A stretch of DNA of 63,688 bases, filler included, from Octopus bimaculoides (GCF_001194135.2; 5 parts of 5 records of this genome joined end to end with filler, not necessarily neighbours in it), one strand, 5' to 3'. Counted from the whole stretch's first letter, positions 1 through 12,540 are shown. The notes: generated from the sequence alone by a model not told the origin. Numbers and translations: made by a program.

Positions 1-228
1 ATAAAAGACACCATTTCGAGCGTGGCCGTTTTCGTGCGGGTGACACGTAAAAGCACCCACTACACTCTCTGAGTGGTTGGCGTTAGGAAGGGCATCCAGC
101 TGTAGAAACTCTGCCAAATCAGACTGGAGCCTGGTGTTGCCATCCGGTTTCACCAGTCCTCAGTCAAATCGTCCAACCCATGCTAGCATGGAAAGCGGAC
201 GTTAAACGATGATGATGATGATGATATA
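1..228 (+). mobile_element. SINE 3' part with (GAT)n tail; further copies at about 2640-2745, 8100-8340(-) and 16220-16500
   Basis: Recurrent block gtggttggcgttaggaagggcatccagc.gtagaaa...ccaacccatgc.agcatggaaa.cggacgttaaa-(gat)n. Confidence 0.8.
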
Positions 229-231
229 CAT

Positions 232-405
232 ATACATACACAACATGACGAGCTTCTTTCAATTTCCGTCTACCAAAGCCACTCACAAGGCCTTGGTTGG
301 CCCAAGGCTATAGTAGAAGACGTTTGCCCAAGGTGCCACACGGTGGGACTGAACCCAGAACCATGTCATTGGTAAGCAAGCTACTTACCACACACCCACT
401 TCTGC
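232..405 (-). mobile_element. tRNA-derived SINE family A (head)
   Basis: A/B-box-like head gtgtggtaag..ggttc.gggttca.tcccac.gtggcaccttgggcaa, repeated more than 10 times in the window. Confidence 0.85.
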
Positions 406-671
406 GCCTCTTTAACATTTCAGAACACTTGATGGTAAGATTTTATGAAAAAAATAAACCAAAAAAAACATTTTGTAATTTGTGTCAAAGACCACCTAAA
501 AATATTTTTTTTTAATGTCAATTGATTAGCTGTAACGACAGCAGCAGCAGCAGCAGTAGTAGTAGCAGCAGTGGTGGTCTTGTTTTGTTTTTCACCAAAA
601 TGCAGCTTTTTTTTACTACAAGCAGCAACTAAGCTGATCTAATTGAGTCAACTACCAAACTGATTTTCATA

Positions 672-865
672 TCTTTTCTACATTAGACACAAGACCCGAA
701 GTTTTTAGGGAGGAGGTCAGTCGATTAGATCGACTCCAGTACACAATTGGTGCTTAATTTATCGACCCCGAAAGGATGAAAGTTGACCTCGTCCGAATTT
801 GAACTGAGAATGTAAAGAAAGATGAAACACTGCAAAGCATTGCCCGGCGTGCTAACGTTTCTGAT
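672..865 (-). mobile_element. SINE family B
   Basis: gagttcaaattc..gaggtc.actttgcctttcatcctttcggggtcgataaattaagtacca core, shared with 1150, 8780, 10230, 18902, 21300 and 63300. Confidence 0.8.
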
Positions 866-1149
866 GGTGAATCCAAGAAATAAAGACTACAACTTGATTT
901 CAACAAAACAACAGCTGGCACAATCTCCTATTAAATATCAAGTTCGGCTCGGGCATGACTATGCGGTAAGAGGTTTGCTTCCCAGCCACATGGTTCTGGG
1001 TTTAATCCTACTGCACAGCACAGCAGTCATGTGTCTCTTACTATAGCTTCAGACCAACCAAGGCCTTGTGAGTGAATTTCATAGACGGAATCTGAAAGTA
1101 GCCGAGTGTGTGTGTGTGTGTGTGTGTGCGTGCGCGCGCATGCATTGGG

Positions 1150-1378
1150 TGCGAGCTGGCAGAATCGTTAGCACGTTGGGCAAAATGCTTTGCGGTATTT
1201 CGTCTGGCGTTACGTTCTGTGTTCAAATTCCACCAAGGTTGGCTTTGCCTTTCATCCTTTCAGGGTCGATAAATTAAGTACCAGTTACGCACTGGGGTCG
1301 ATGGAATCGACTTAATCCCTTTGTCTGTCCTTGTTTGTCCTATGTTTAGCCCCTTGTGGGCAATAAAGAAATAAGAAT
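1150..1378 (+). mobile_element. SINE family B, near full length, preceded by a family A head at 955-1110
   Basis: gcgagctggcagaatcgttagcacg...gcaataaagaaataag. Confidence 0.85.
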
Positions 1379-3267
1379 GTATTGGGTGCTTTTACACAAC
1401 GCAGACACAAGTGTTTTTATGTGGTACTAGCACCTACAAGCCTGCAAGATTAGGAATGCTCATTTGAAAAGGGATGCATGGGACATGCCTGTATGCAAGG
1501 GCAACCATGCATTTACAAGCACAGCAAACCATCAGATGTCTGGGTCCTCTGATATCCCCTCCATGGGGTTCAACATCTGAAGATCCTTTATAGAATTAGT
1601 ATACAGACGTGAATAACACAGCTGAATCACAGACTGAATACTTCAAAGTAGGTAGGTTTGAAGTGTTTATCATTTCTTTCTTTTGAATTCAAATCTTTCC
1701 AAGGTCGACCTTGTTGTTCACAGTGGGGTGGAGTTTGTGAGGGAGGGAGAGTTCAGTAAATATACTGATCTTGATTCAATTAACTACACAATACCAAATC
1801 TCATACAAAAGTTGACCCAATCTAAAAGGAAAATTATTTCTAAAACTCCATATAATATATTATATTTTTCACTCAAAAATAAAGATTAAAAGTTGAATGT
1901 ATAGAATATATGATTTTAGGACAAAAAGTGATTTTCTCACACACTTTTATTAGAAAACACACAATATTAAATCTTTGTTATTTCCTTATTGTATTTTTTT
2001 TTATTTTTTAGAATATTTTTTATATTATATATAAATACATTTTCTAAAGAGGAAATATTAAAAAAATAAATTAAATTGGATTATAGTAGACTATATTTTT
2101 GTAGTAGTTCCATAACACTGTGTTAGACATGGTATACAAGGTTTTTAAAACAATTTAAACTCAAAAATCGAGATGCCTACGGTGTATTAAACATGAGCTT
2201 TTATAAAATGTAAATAGAATAATATTCCTAATGCTTAGAAAAAAGGTTTAAAACCTCAAATAAAAACTAGGTCAGATTATTATATACACTAACAATGATT
2301 GAGAAAAATTATTTCTTAGAAACAGATATAGCAGTCTACTTAAGAACTTTGCTTTCATCCAAATAACTTTGGGTTCAGTCCCATTGCATGGCACTTTAGC
2401 AATTGTCTTCTACTATAGCTCCAAGCTGACCAAAGCCTTGTGAATAAATTTGGTAAACAGATTCTAAAAAAAAGCCTCCCACTGTCTGTCTGTTTGTGTA
2501 CATGTGTCCTCCTTGTTCTGACATTGTGTAATTGTTGTAAACAAGTGTCACAGTTATACAGTGTCATTCATTCTCAAGCTTCTGTGAAAAACATGTCTGG
2601 CCATGGGGAAATATTAGCTTGCTTGGAAACAGGTGAGGGTTAGCAACAGGAAGGGCATCCAGCTGTAGAAAATCTTCCTCATTGAATTCTGAACCCATGC
2701 AAGTATGAATAAGTGGATGGTTAAGATAATGACAATGATGATGAAACTGTAGTGTGACACAGGCTGAAAATGTTGTGGCATTCACATGTTTCACAATCAT
2801 TTGGACATCATATACTATAGGAACATACTAATACACAAAATAGGATATCAAAGTAAACCAGTGAATTTGCTTGGACCTTGTTGAAATACTTACACCATTT
2901 AATAGTATATGAGGCACTTTTTTTTTTTTTAAATGTCTAAAAAAAAATCACCCTAGGCCCAACATGTGAAGTTGGTCCCCTCATAAGCTAATTTTGTCCT
3001 TAGCACTTTTTTTCTTGAATATATCCTACTGAAACAAGTGCATCCAATACGATCAAATGTCTTTTATAATATTAAATACAGTAGTTTTGTTTTGGTTTGA
3101 AATAAAAGATTATAATTTTTGTAGCTTTTGTATCACCCTGGAAGTTTGTTTAATAAGAGGCTGAATATCAGAAATGAAATTGCTAGCAAATTAAGGAAAA
3201 TATTCTAAAGCTATTTTGAGTTGACACCTGTGCATTAAGCTTCTCTAATTTGTAAACAGCACTTTAG

Positions 3268-3441
3268 ATGGATAAATTTATTGTTCTGGATGACAGTGTG
3301 AATTTTCTTAATGACAAACCTTTGCTAAACCAACGTATGACAGCCAAGGGAGAGAGCACAATCAAAACAGGAAGTGAGGTGTTTAACATGTTATTTGATA
3401 CAAATTCAGCGGGTGATGTGAAACCAGCTAATGATATTGGA
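3268..3441 (+). CDS. Candidate exon 1 of an unidentified multi-exon gene (MDKFIVLDDS...ANDIG)
   Basis: 58 open codons; branch-like ctaat plus tttag| acceptor; GGA|GTAGGT donor; phase 0 matches the next exon across a 79-bp intron. Confidence 0.5.
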
Positions 3442-3520
3442 GTAGGTTAATACTCAACACTAACCAGATTTTCCATTGCTTCAAGATATTTTAATACAGC
3501 AATAGTTTCTTGTTACACAG

Positions 3521-3701
3521 CAAGGTGATCAGCATGTTTATGAGAAGAAAGTGACCAACCAAAAGTTTGGAACTGATACAAACTCAACTCACCAGATATG
3601 GTCAAATTTTTTGGCCAATATTCTGGTTTACAATACCGAGTCTATTGTAAAAATCTTTGCAAGCTGGCCAGTTCTAATAGTCCATTCTGCAATGGATTAC
3701 A
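3521..3701 (+). CDS. Candidate exon 2 (QGDQHVYEKK...VHSAMDY)
   Basis: tttcttgttacacag| acceptor, 60 open codons, phase-1 donor A|GTAAAA compatible with the exon at 4103. Confidence 0.5.
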
Positions 3702-4102
3702 GTAAAAGTCTATTAAATGTAGATTTTTACTATAGAACTACTATATTGTACACTTATATTATTTTATTAAAATAAAATGTCTAGAATATTTTGCTGTGCC
3801 TTGGGATAGACCTGATATAGAGAGGGCATGTCTTTGAGGAGGAGGTCACAAATAACAAAAGGACTTTGACAAACATAACTGATTGATCAACCAAACAATT
3901 AATTAAGCAATCAGTTAATCAGTTAAATCATTGACCAATTAACAGATGAATAAATTAAACAGAGCCAGTGTGTGTGCATGTGTTTGTTATTGACGTAATG
4001 ACCCACCCAAGATAGAACAAAATCTGTTTCAGCACATCAGTTCACATCAAAATTCATGCAAACCAAATACAAAAGCAAAATATTTTATAATACTTATTTC
4101 AG

Positions 4103-4266
4103 ATTATATTGCAGTTTGTGAGCAACAACATTGTCAGGTACAGGTTTTCAATGAGCCAGTCGTTGGTTCCCTTCAGTTCCGACAGCAAACAGTAACAAGA
4201 GACAGTGTTTGTATAATACAATACTGGAACAATATTCCGAAGGATTTATTCAAAAGACTCCAAAAT
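4103..4266 (+). CDS. Candidate exon 3 (YIAVCEQQHCQVQVFNEPVVGSLQFRQ...KRLQN); weak EME1/ERCC4-like resemblance
   Basis: Strong acceptor ttttataatacttatttcag|, 54 open codons, donor AAT|GTTAGT. Too short for the ORF track. Confidence 0.55.
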
Positions 4267-4498
4267 GTTAGTTTTTCCTAACAAAAAAAAAAAACCTATG
4301 TCTTCTACTAAAGCCCAAAGCCAACTTATATTTTTTACCTTGTATCTTTTACTTGTTTAAGTCAACAGACTGTGGCCATGCTGGGGCATTGCCTTGAAGA
4401 ATTTTTAGTCGCTTTTGCCAAATTGCTAAGTTAGGGGGACATAAACACGCCAACACTGGTTGTCAAGTGGTGATGGGAGACAAAGGCAGACACACACA

Positions 4499-4500
<2 letters not shown>

Positions 4501-4580
<80 letters not shown>
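4501..4580. repeat. (GT)n microsatellite, representative of many CA/TA/GA tracts
   Basis: About 40 perfect GT units. Confidence 0.98.
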
Positions 4581-4586
<6 letters not shown>

Positions 4587-5266
4587 CACATGATGGGCAG
4601 CACTCCAGCATGGCCGCATTATGCTATAAATCTGAGATACATCATTACTTAACGTCTGTTTTTCCATGCAGGCATGGGTTAGACAGTTCAAGAAGAATCG
4701 ACAAGCCAGTTGGCTGTGCTGAATTCCAATGTCTGCTATAGCTGGATGCCCATTAGAAAAAGAAAATAAATAAAATGCTGTCATTTAGTTCGTTAAAAAT
4801 ATGCTAATAAAACAATTACTGAGGATGAAATGTAGAAAGTTATTTCCATCTAGCAGACTGACTAATTCAAAAGAACTAGATTTTTGTCATTCTAAAGAAT
4901 GGAAAAGAAAACATTCTTGCCTATAATAGCACACAGTCCTGCAGATGAATAAATATATAAACCATAGCATTAGTTGATATACAAGACATCAGGTCTCTTG
5001 TGGACTATTTCAGACTGAAGCTTGAACTTCTTTGCAACAGCTGTAAATAGCTATAAATTAATACAAGAAAAAAACAACCTTTTCTCTGACAATCCTCCAG
5101 AGATTATTCAGCCAAATTTCACTCACAAAGCTTTTATGAACCTGAGGCTGTAGCAAAAGGCACAAAGTGCTATGCTGTGTGATTGCAGCTGAAACCCAGC
5201 GATTGCAAAACAAACTTCTTAACAACCCAAACATAACTGCATCCACAAAAGATTGCTTAAAATTTA

Positions 5267-5465
5267 ACCTCCTACCATTAAGACTATTTTGTTACGTGTA
5301 ATGCTTATTAATTCACATTGCTTTGAACTAATCATGCATTATCTCATAGCCTCAGGATTTTAATGATGTGATTGTTTTATTCTTTGAATGCCGATGTAGG
5401 GTAGGTAGGAACATAAAATAAGAATATTTTGGTTGGATACGGTCGGTTGAAATGCTAAAGAGTCA
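5267..5465. mobile_element. Degenerate piggyBac-type MITE; family members also at about 8360-8446 and 11410-11607
   Basis: Shared internal sequence (taatgcttatttattcacattgc..taatcatgc.ttatctc). Family ends read aatgctaaaggg|TTAA. Confidence 0.55.
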
Positions 5466-5499
5466 AGGTACTTCCCACATTCATCAAGTTTAATTTTGA

Positions 5500-6050
5500 G
5501 TTCATTGGTGACAGACATCCACTCCAGAATCAGGCATAAAACAGCAGATGTATTCAGGCAAATGAACAAGACGTGGGCCAGCGCTTTGATTAGCAACCGT
5601 ATTAAGTCTGGCTGTACCAGAACATTGTCCTACCAACAGCCATCTATGCAGGAGAATCTTGGAAAATAACTGCCAAGATCACTCTTAGATTGAATGCATT
5701 CTACCAACAGTGTCTATGCAGACTATTCAAGATCACTTACAGGGAAAGAATCAAAAACTCTGAAGTCCTGAGAAGAACCAATCTGTGCAGTTTGCAGGTC
5801 CAGGAGACTGAGGCGAAAAGAAGAGTGAGACTTGCTGGTCATGTTTTCTGATGGTCAGAAAATAATGGATCTCCAAGTCAGCTTATACAATGAATGCCAC
5901 AAGAGGGAGACTCAAGGAGATATGGTGCACCACCTTCAAAGAAGATCTGAAGCAACTTGGCATCGTCTGGGAAGATGCAGGAGACTATTCCCAAAACTGA
6001 GATGATTGGAGACATGTCTTGCTGCCTGATATATCAGAGGAACTAAGACT
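5500..6050 (+). mobile_element. RTE-clade LINE 3' fragment (post-RT region), decayed
   Basis: Translates as ..ADVFRQMNKTW..IKxWLYQNIVLPTAIYAGESWKIT..LNAF..QCL..ITYRERIKNSEVLRR..RLAGHV..W..TFKEDLKQLG, typical of RTE ORF C-termini, with stops and frameshifts. Confidence 0.8.
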
Positions 6051-6429
6051 CGGGTGGTTTTTGACTTAACAATCTACCTTGAGAAATGATTTCAGTCTGT
6101 ACCAAAGCTGTTCAGAAATGTCTGTAAAACGAGCAGCATCATAAAAACATCTGTATATATGTATGCATATGTGTGTGCCTTTGTGTTGTCCCCCATCCAC
6201 TTCCACTTGACAACCAATGTTGATTTGTTTATAACCTCAAAACTTATTAGTTCAATAAAAGATACTGATAAAAAATAAGTTCTGAGGTCTATTCGACTGA
6301 CTAAAACCCTTCAATGACTGATGCAAGTAAAAGATAGGAGATAAAAGATGAAGATGTATCATATATTCGATTTTTTCTCTCTCTCTCTCTCTCTCTCTCT
6401 CGCCTCCAGTCTACTTGGTCTGCAAACAC

Positions 6430-6785
6430 AGATCTTTTATCTTTTACTTGTTTCAGTCATTAGACTGTGGCCATGCTGGGGCACTGCCTTGAAGAATTTT
6501 TGGCTGAATAAATTGACCCCAAGACTTTTTTTTAAAAAGCTTGGTACTTATTCTATCAGTCTCTTATGCCAAAATAGTAAGTTACAGGGACATAAACTCA
6601 CCAACACTGGATGTCATGCAGGGGACAAACACGCAAACACACACACACAATGAAAGGCATCTTTTAGTTTTCATCTACCAAATCCATTGACAAGGCTTTG
6701 GTCAACCCGAGGCTATAGCAGAAGACACTTGCCCAAGGTGCCACGCAGTAGAACTGAACCAGGAACCATGTGGTTGGGAATCAAG
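6430..6785 (-). mobile_element. SINE family A, near full length
   Basis: Head plus 3' part ccagcatggccacagtctaatgactgaaacaagtaaaaga. Confidence 0.85.
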
Positions 6786-7060
6786 CATCTTGCCACGCAA
6801 CCAAACTAAGCAAAATTCTAACATTGTTTTTATCCTTTTTCAAATAACTAAATTTTCAAAAACCATTTAACCCAAGCTGACATAAAAATAGGTACACTGA
6901 ATTGTAAAAATAAAGATCATATTACTCAAATTAAAAATGCTATTTCAACGAAGCTATCTAGTTTCATGTGTGTTCATGTTTCTACTCTAAGACGTCAAGT
7001 GGTTATGTCAGTACAACCATTCTCTGGTCCAGCCATTCACTAACTTTATATGGGTTTTAG

Positions 7061-7128
7061 AAGTACAATGGCTGTTCAGGACATCATAAAGATCAAATTT
7101 GCATATTTGATTACAGTCAGGAGATGAG
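7061..7128 (+). CDS. Candidate exon 4 (KYNGCSGHHKDQICIFDYSQEM)
   Basis: cactaac branch point, ttttag| acceptor, GAG|GTATGG donor. Only the required phase-0 frame is open. Confidence 0.4.
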
Positions 7129-9210
7129 GTATGGTGCAGTCTTACACCACCTTTGTAGGTCAAGAAAATTAAGATAAAAACCTATTAATAATTCATTAGG
7201 TGATGACAATTTAAAATCATGATATACAGAAATATCAGACGGCACAGTATGTTATGGTATTAATGTTGTGCAGCTTAGTGTGGTGCTGCAACACAGAACG
7301 GTACGAAAACAGATGCTATATACCATCTATTTCGGACTGACGGCACAGAAGAAGCAGGATCAGTCCTATCGCATGGCACCTTGGGCATGTGCCTTTGACT
7401 TCAGCCCTGGCCAACACCAATGCTTTGTGAATGAACTTGATAGATGGAAACTGTGAGGAAGCCCATCGTGTGTGCATCTGTGTATGTGTGTTTGTCACCC
7501 CGCCCCACTACCATCACCACTTGACAACTTTAAAACAGTTGACCTCAAACAGTAGATGGATGCGGTCTACATGCTTTAAATAGGTTGACGTAAATTTACG
7601 CCACAGGATTTGTTTGTGTACTTGCTTTGCACTTTGTTGTATGTTATCTCCCACTGAGTTCTGACCTCAATCGATGTGATTACCGTGGCCATGTGCAGGC
7701 AACTTAACGCGTCACTGCCATGAAGTGGTTACATCCCTGTAACTTAGTGGGTTGGCAAAACCAGTGGCATAGCTTGAGAGCATTCCACCTGGAGCAGCCC
7801 TTGAGTTTGCCCCACCCATCTCTATACAAGTTTATACCGCAGACCCCAAAATACTGACCCACTAAAAGTGCTGCCTACAACAGACCATCCCAGTCGCCCC
7901 CACCTCTAGTTATACTACTGTGCAAGGCAACAAATATGGAGAGGGAAGGAAGAGATAAAAGCAATTTACAGGACCCTGCGACATACCTAATACTTGCATT
8001 ATTAATCCCTGATAGCTGAAAGGCAATGTTAATCCAGGAGGATTCAATCTGAAACACAGAAAGTTGACTCTATATCAGGGCATCCAGCCTACCATCACAC
8101 AACACATTCTCTCACATGACAGTCTGATTTGGCATGGTTTTCTACAGCTGGATGCCCTTCCTAACGCCAACCACTCCCAGAGTGTAATGGGTGACACCAG
8201 TATCTGCCACAACTGCGATTTTACTTGGTTTGATGGGTCTTTGCCTCAAGCATAACATAATGCCAAAGGTCTCTGTCATTGCCTCCATGAGGCTCAACAC
8301 TCGAAAGGAACTCAGCCACTTTGCCTCCATGAAGCCCAACGCTCACTGAAATCTCAAAGCTACAAGATAATGCAAAGTTAATTAAAAGCAATGATGAATA
8401 AATAAGCATTAGATTTGGCAAAGTAATCTGAATGCTAAAGGGTTAAAACCTAAACAAATATTTTATCTCTCACTGCAAGATATTGATTTCTTGGATCCTC
8501 TCAGCCAATCTGACACTCTTCCAAGAGAACACTTAAGTTTGACCAGCTTGACAAAATATTAGAATCCCATTCAATGGTGAAGCTGAGAGGCAGATACAGA
8601 CATTGAACATCTTTACAGCTGGAACTTTGTCAAACATGAATAATCTCTATGTTAACAGTTGATAGTTGTTCAGAGAATATTTAACAACTTCAATGATGGT
8701 AATTGCTGATCAGTTCTGATCAAAAATTGTAAGCAATGACATTTTAGCCATGACTATCTCATCTGTTTTCTTTTTCACGTACAGTTGACCTTTGCCTTTC
8801 ATCCTTTCAGGGTCAATAAATTAAGTACCAGTTGCGTACTGGGGACAATCTAATCGACTGTCCCCACCTCCAAAATTACAGGCCTTGTGCCTAGAGTAGA
8901 AAAGAATACAAAAATATAACAGGATTTTTTAAGCATCCAATGGCTAGGGATTGGTGGGGGGTGGGAGAGCACCTGAATGAAAAAAAAAATCGAAGGGATC
9001 CATAGGTAAAAAATGGTTGAGAACCGTCGATGTAAATGAAAAGTAAACAGGAGTGGCTGTGTGGTAAGTAGCCTGCTTACCAACCACATGGTTCCGGGTT
9101 CAGTTCCACTGTGTGGCACCTTGAGCAAGTGTCTTCTATAGCCTTGGGCCAACCAAAGCCTTGTGAGTGGATTTGGTAGATGGAAACTGAAAGAAGCCCA
9201 TCATATATAC

Positions 9211-9258
<48 letters not shown>

Positions 9259-9969
9259 ATATGTTTATGTGCTTGGATGCTGATGATCTGGCCCTAGCAC
9301 ACTGGACATTCATCCTGTTTTGACAAAAGTACTTTTTGGCACTGGAGGCAAACACACATGCACAGAGAGAGAGAGAGAGAAGCACTGTACATAGAAATAT
9401 AACTAGATGCTCGAACGCATAAACAAAGAAAGAGAAAGAGAAACATTAAAATTTATTAACTGAACACAACATAAATGTTTTTCATCTCCTCACACACAGA
9501 AAGAGAAAAAGTGCTCACAAAGAGAGACAGACAGACAGACAAAGGAAGATAGGGAAGGAGAGAACAAGAGAAATATTTAGACATTTGATCTAAAATAAAC
9601 TAGTGTTGAATCTCTTACCCCAGCAGATGGTACGAGTTTCCAACATGTAATAAATTCACTGCTATATTTTTTGGTGATAATGGAACCCCCGCTTGAAGAT
9701 AAAGAGAGAGAGAGAAAGATAAGTCTTCCCAGAAATGCACCATCACAAAGATCTTATAATGAAACTATTAGCTTCACCTGATATATTACCCGCTTATGTT
9801 TCCCACTGCTGAGCTTGCATGGCACAGTGATATGCAGTATGTGAAAGAACAATAAAACCGTATTCAAAGAGGACTCTGCAACTATTCTACTTTCATCAAA
9901 AGTAGATTTCAATGTCATTCACACAGCAGGAAAGTATTTTTAACTCTATTTTGCTGATAAATATCTTAA

Positions 9970-10206
9970 CCCTTTTGTTACCATATTTCTGTTGAGATGC
10001 TCTGTTTTTTTTTGGGGGGGGGGGGGTTCAATTAATTTTAAATATAACAAAGAATTTAGTAAACTAACTTAGTTATCATTCAGCTAGTGTTAGGAACATA
10101 AATTGTGACTAAGGTTTGGTGGAAGATTTTATTTCAGAACTCATGAAAACAAGACATTTGTACTACAGAGCCAGAGGTGGTTTCAGCCGAGTTGGTATAG
10201 AAAGGG
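9970..10206. mobile_element. piggyBac-type MITE with TTAA target-site duplication
   Basis: TTAA|cccttttgttacc ... ggtatagaaaggg|TTAA (imperfect 13-bp TIR, CCC termini). A related inverted copy lies at about 56200-56640. Confidence 0.7.
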
Positions 10207-10662
10207 TTAATACAGGTGGTGTCCGTCTTTATGTTCTGAGTTCAAATTCCACTGGGGTCAACTTTGCCTTTAATCCTTTTGGGATCAATGAAATAAGTAC
10301 CAGTTACACACTGGGGTCGATGTAATCAACTAGTCCCTTCTCCAAAAATTTCAGGCCTTGTAACTATAGTAGAAAGGGTTATTATTATTATTATCATCAT
10401 CATCAAGTACTAGAGCTTAAGGGTATTAACCAACCCCCTTCCCTCAAAACTGTTAGTCTTGTACGGAAATCAGAAACCATTATTATTGCTGCTGCTGCTG
10501 CTAGATAGGGTCTACTTTGGTTTTTATTCTATTTTTAATCCTAAGGTGACATCAGTTAAATGAAATGTCAAAAGATATTTTCCAGTTTCTAATACCACAG
10601 CTGTTGCATTTAGAATTATTTACCTTTGTTTATTTTCCAACGTCTTTTCCTTAACAATTTAG

Positions 10663-10723
10663 AATTGTTGGAAGTAGATTTTAATTGGAAAGATAAAGAA
10701 TTTATGAAAGGGTGTGTACCTTT
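10663..10723 (+). CDS. Candidate internal exon (LLEVDFNWKDKEFMKGCVP)
   Basis: cttttccttaacaatttag| acceptor, perfect |GTAAGT donor, single open frame, phase-compatible with the exon at 10826. Confidence 0.45.
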
Positions 10724-10825
10724 GTAAGTTATTCACAGCAAGTACACTCTAGGATGAGCTATATGCTGTGGTATTTACCAAAAGCAAAATCAAACCATTC
10801 TTTGTTTTTTTTTTCTTGCGTTAAG

Positions 10826-10977
10826 TCAACAGCTGCTGGACCAGATGCTACACCAAATAATTATCCTCTTTAGTGTTACTGTCAGCAACAGGGAGTGCTT
10901 GTTTCAAGAGGTATATTTTACAAGCTGTTTGAGAGGGGTGCGAAAGGAGGGAGGTGAATGTAAATTCATATTAGGAA
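10826..10977 (+). CDS. Candidate exon (FQQLLDQMLHQI...VRKEGGECKFILG)
   Basis: Long poly-T acceptor ...ttcttgcgttaag|, 50 open codons, donor GGAA|GTATGT. Confidence 0.4.
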
Positions 10978-11095
10978 GTATGTATATAAAAAAAAAATGG
11001 TAAAAGAACTGTTATTACAAAAGGTTAACTGGCAGACGTTGAATGGAAAGAGTTACATCATTGTTGGATCACATGAAATAACTCTTTGTTATCAG

Positions 11096-11142
11096 CAACC
11101 TTATGGTCTATATTAGAACAAGCCTTAATTATTAAGGAATAA
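11096..11142 (+). CDS. Candidate last coding exon (TTLWSILEQALIIKE-stop)
   Basis: ctctttgttatcag| acceptor, phase 1, TAA at 11140-11142, followed by a |GTGAGT donor (possible 3'UTR intron). Confidence 0.3.
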
Positions 11143-11900
11143 CTGGTGAGTCAGACCTCTTAAAATGGATTAGAGATGCAGGCTGTTTTCATCTTAACTC
11201 TATGTGCCTTCAGGAATTTTGAACACAAATGTTCCCTACACAAAGTGATTTACCCAAAACAATGAAGTGAGAGTCGACAACAATTTCTATGAAAAATTTA
11301 GTGTGAAGGCAGGAGTCCATAAGATTCCATCTTTATTCTCTCTTGTCCATCATAGTCTTATAAGCCATCACTGAGACGTTTAAAAACAGTTCAGTGTTTG
11401 CGTTACTCAGTCAAATGTAATGTTTATTTATTCACACTGCTTTCAATTAATCATGCCTTATCTCGTTGCTTTGAGATTTCAATGATGTGATTCTTTATTT
11501 TTAGCGTAACAGTGTAGGGTAGGTGAGAGGCAGGATCTGGTTGGTTTCAACATAAAACAGGCAAAATATTTAGGTCATATATGGTCGGTTTAAATGCTAA
11601 AGGGTTAAAATGTGCTGTCCAAGGGAACTCCTATATATTAATGATCTAATTCTCATAGCCGAGATTACTCCAATTGCAAAAGTTTTGCTAATGACCTTTG
11701 TACACCTAATATTTTAATGATGTCAGGTAAATTCGTAAATTCATCACAAGCAACAACGTGGTAAATACAGGTTGCTCAAGCTAAATTTGATCATTTTTTT
11801 GTGTCTACGATTTTCAGGAAGAGCTTGATGTATTGGGAAACAGTCAATGGCATTGGAGAGCATAAAGATCAAAGATATAGTTGAGAAAAGGTTAGTTGAC

Positions 11901-12509
11901 ATGGAGGACTGGAAGCCATCTGAATATTGTAAAAGAGTTACCTGTATCATGATGATCCATGCCAGGGGTTATAATGCCCACACCATAATGGCTGGTCAAT
12001 GTTCTAAGAACACTGTAAAAGTTGGACATCATGAAAACCAAGTTTCCCCAATGTAACATTTTGGCGTCTCCAATGAGGGGACATTATGCCACCCCACACT
12101 TTTGAACAGAGTCTTAGGCTCAATTCAGATAGTTATGTGAAGCTACTAAAGATTGTGGTCAAACCCTGACTGGAGGAGGTTGCTGCTGCAAGGCCATATG
12201 TGTGACAGTAGGATTTGGTTCCTTGCCATACCTCTGGAAAGAGTCCGATATGGTTGTTGGGGAACTTCTATGCCTTTACTAGCCGCAATTTCTAATCTCC
12301 TCGTCCCCACTAATTGTAATTCTATGGATTCCTATGAGTGGGGAGCAGTTGAGTAAGACAACAACCACTTTGCTTACAATGCCAAATCTGAGCTAGTGGC
12401 AATGATCAAGGAGGTGTCCAAAGATCTTCTAAGGGACACAATGAGAAACACACGTGCCAGGTTGCAGAGCCATTTTGAGGTTGTGGTGGAAGGCAGCTAC
12501 TTTGAGTAA
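11901..12509 (+). mobile_element. Tc1/mariner superfamily maT (DD37D-like) transposase relic, internally deleted
   Basis: N-terminal MEDWKPSE.. joined to GDIMPPHTFEQSLRLNSDSYVKLLKIVVKP*LEEVAAARPYV*Q*DLVPCHTS..CNSMDSYEWGAVE..RLQSHFEVVVEGSYFE*. Multiple stops. Confidence 0.8.
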
Positions 12510-12540
12510 AGTGTTGTCTCTCAACTATAATCTAATTCTG

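Noticed and set aside
4426-4784. HTHT/CVCV/YIYI/SLSL ORFs here and at 13.8, 38.3, 48.9, 50.6-51.7 and 54.6-55.2 kb
   Set aside because: Translations of dinucleotide microsatellites.
4968-5180. ALVDIQ.. and SFYEPEAVAKGTK segments resembling EME1 motifs
   Set aside because: Phase-incompatible with exon 3 and out of order with the rest of the model. This shows that by-eye motif matches here can be coincidental.
9616-9688. Minus-strand micro-exon candidates (GVPLSPKNIAVNLLHVGNSYHLLG; also about 5124-5230 and 10870-10924)
   Set aside because: They could not be chained in phase, and they overlap or oppose the better-supported plus-strand chain. GTRAG motifs are frequent by chance.
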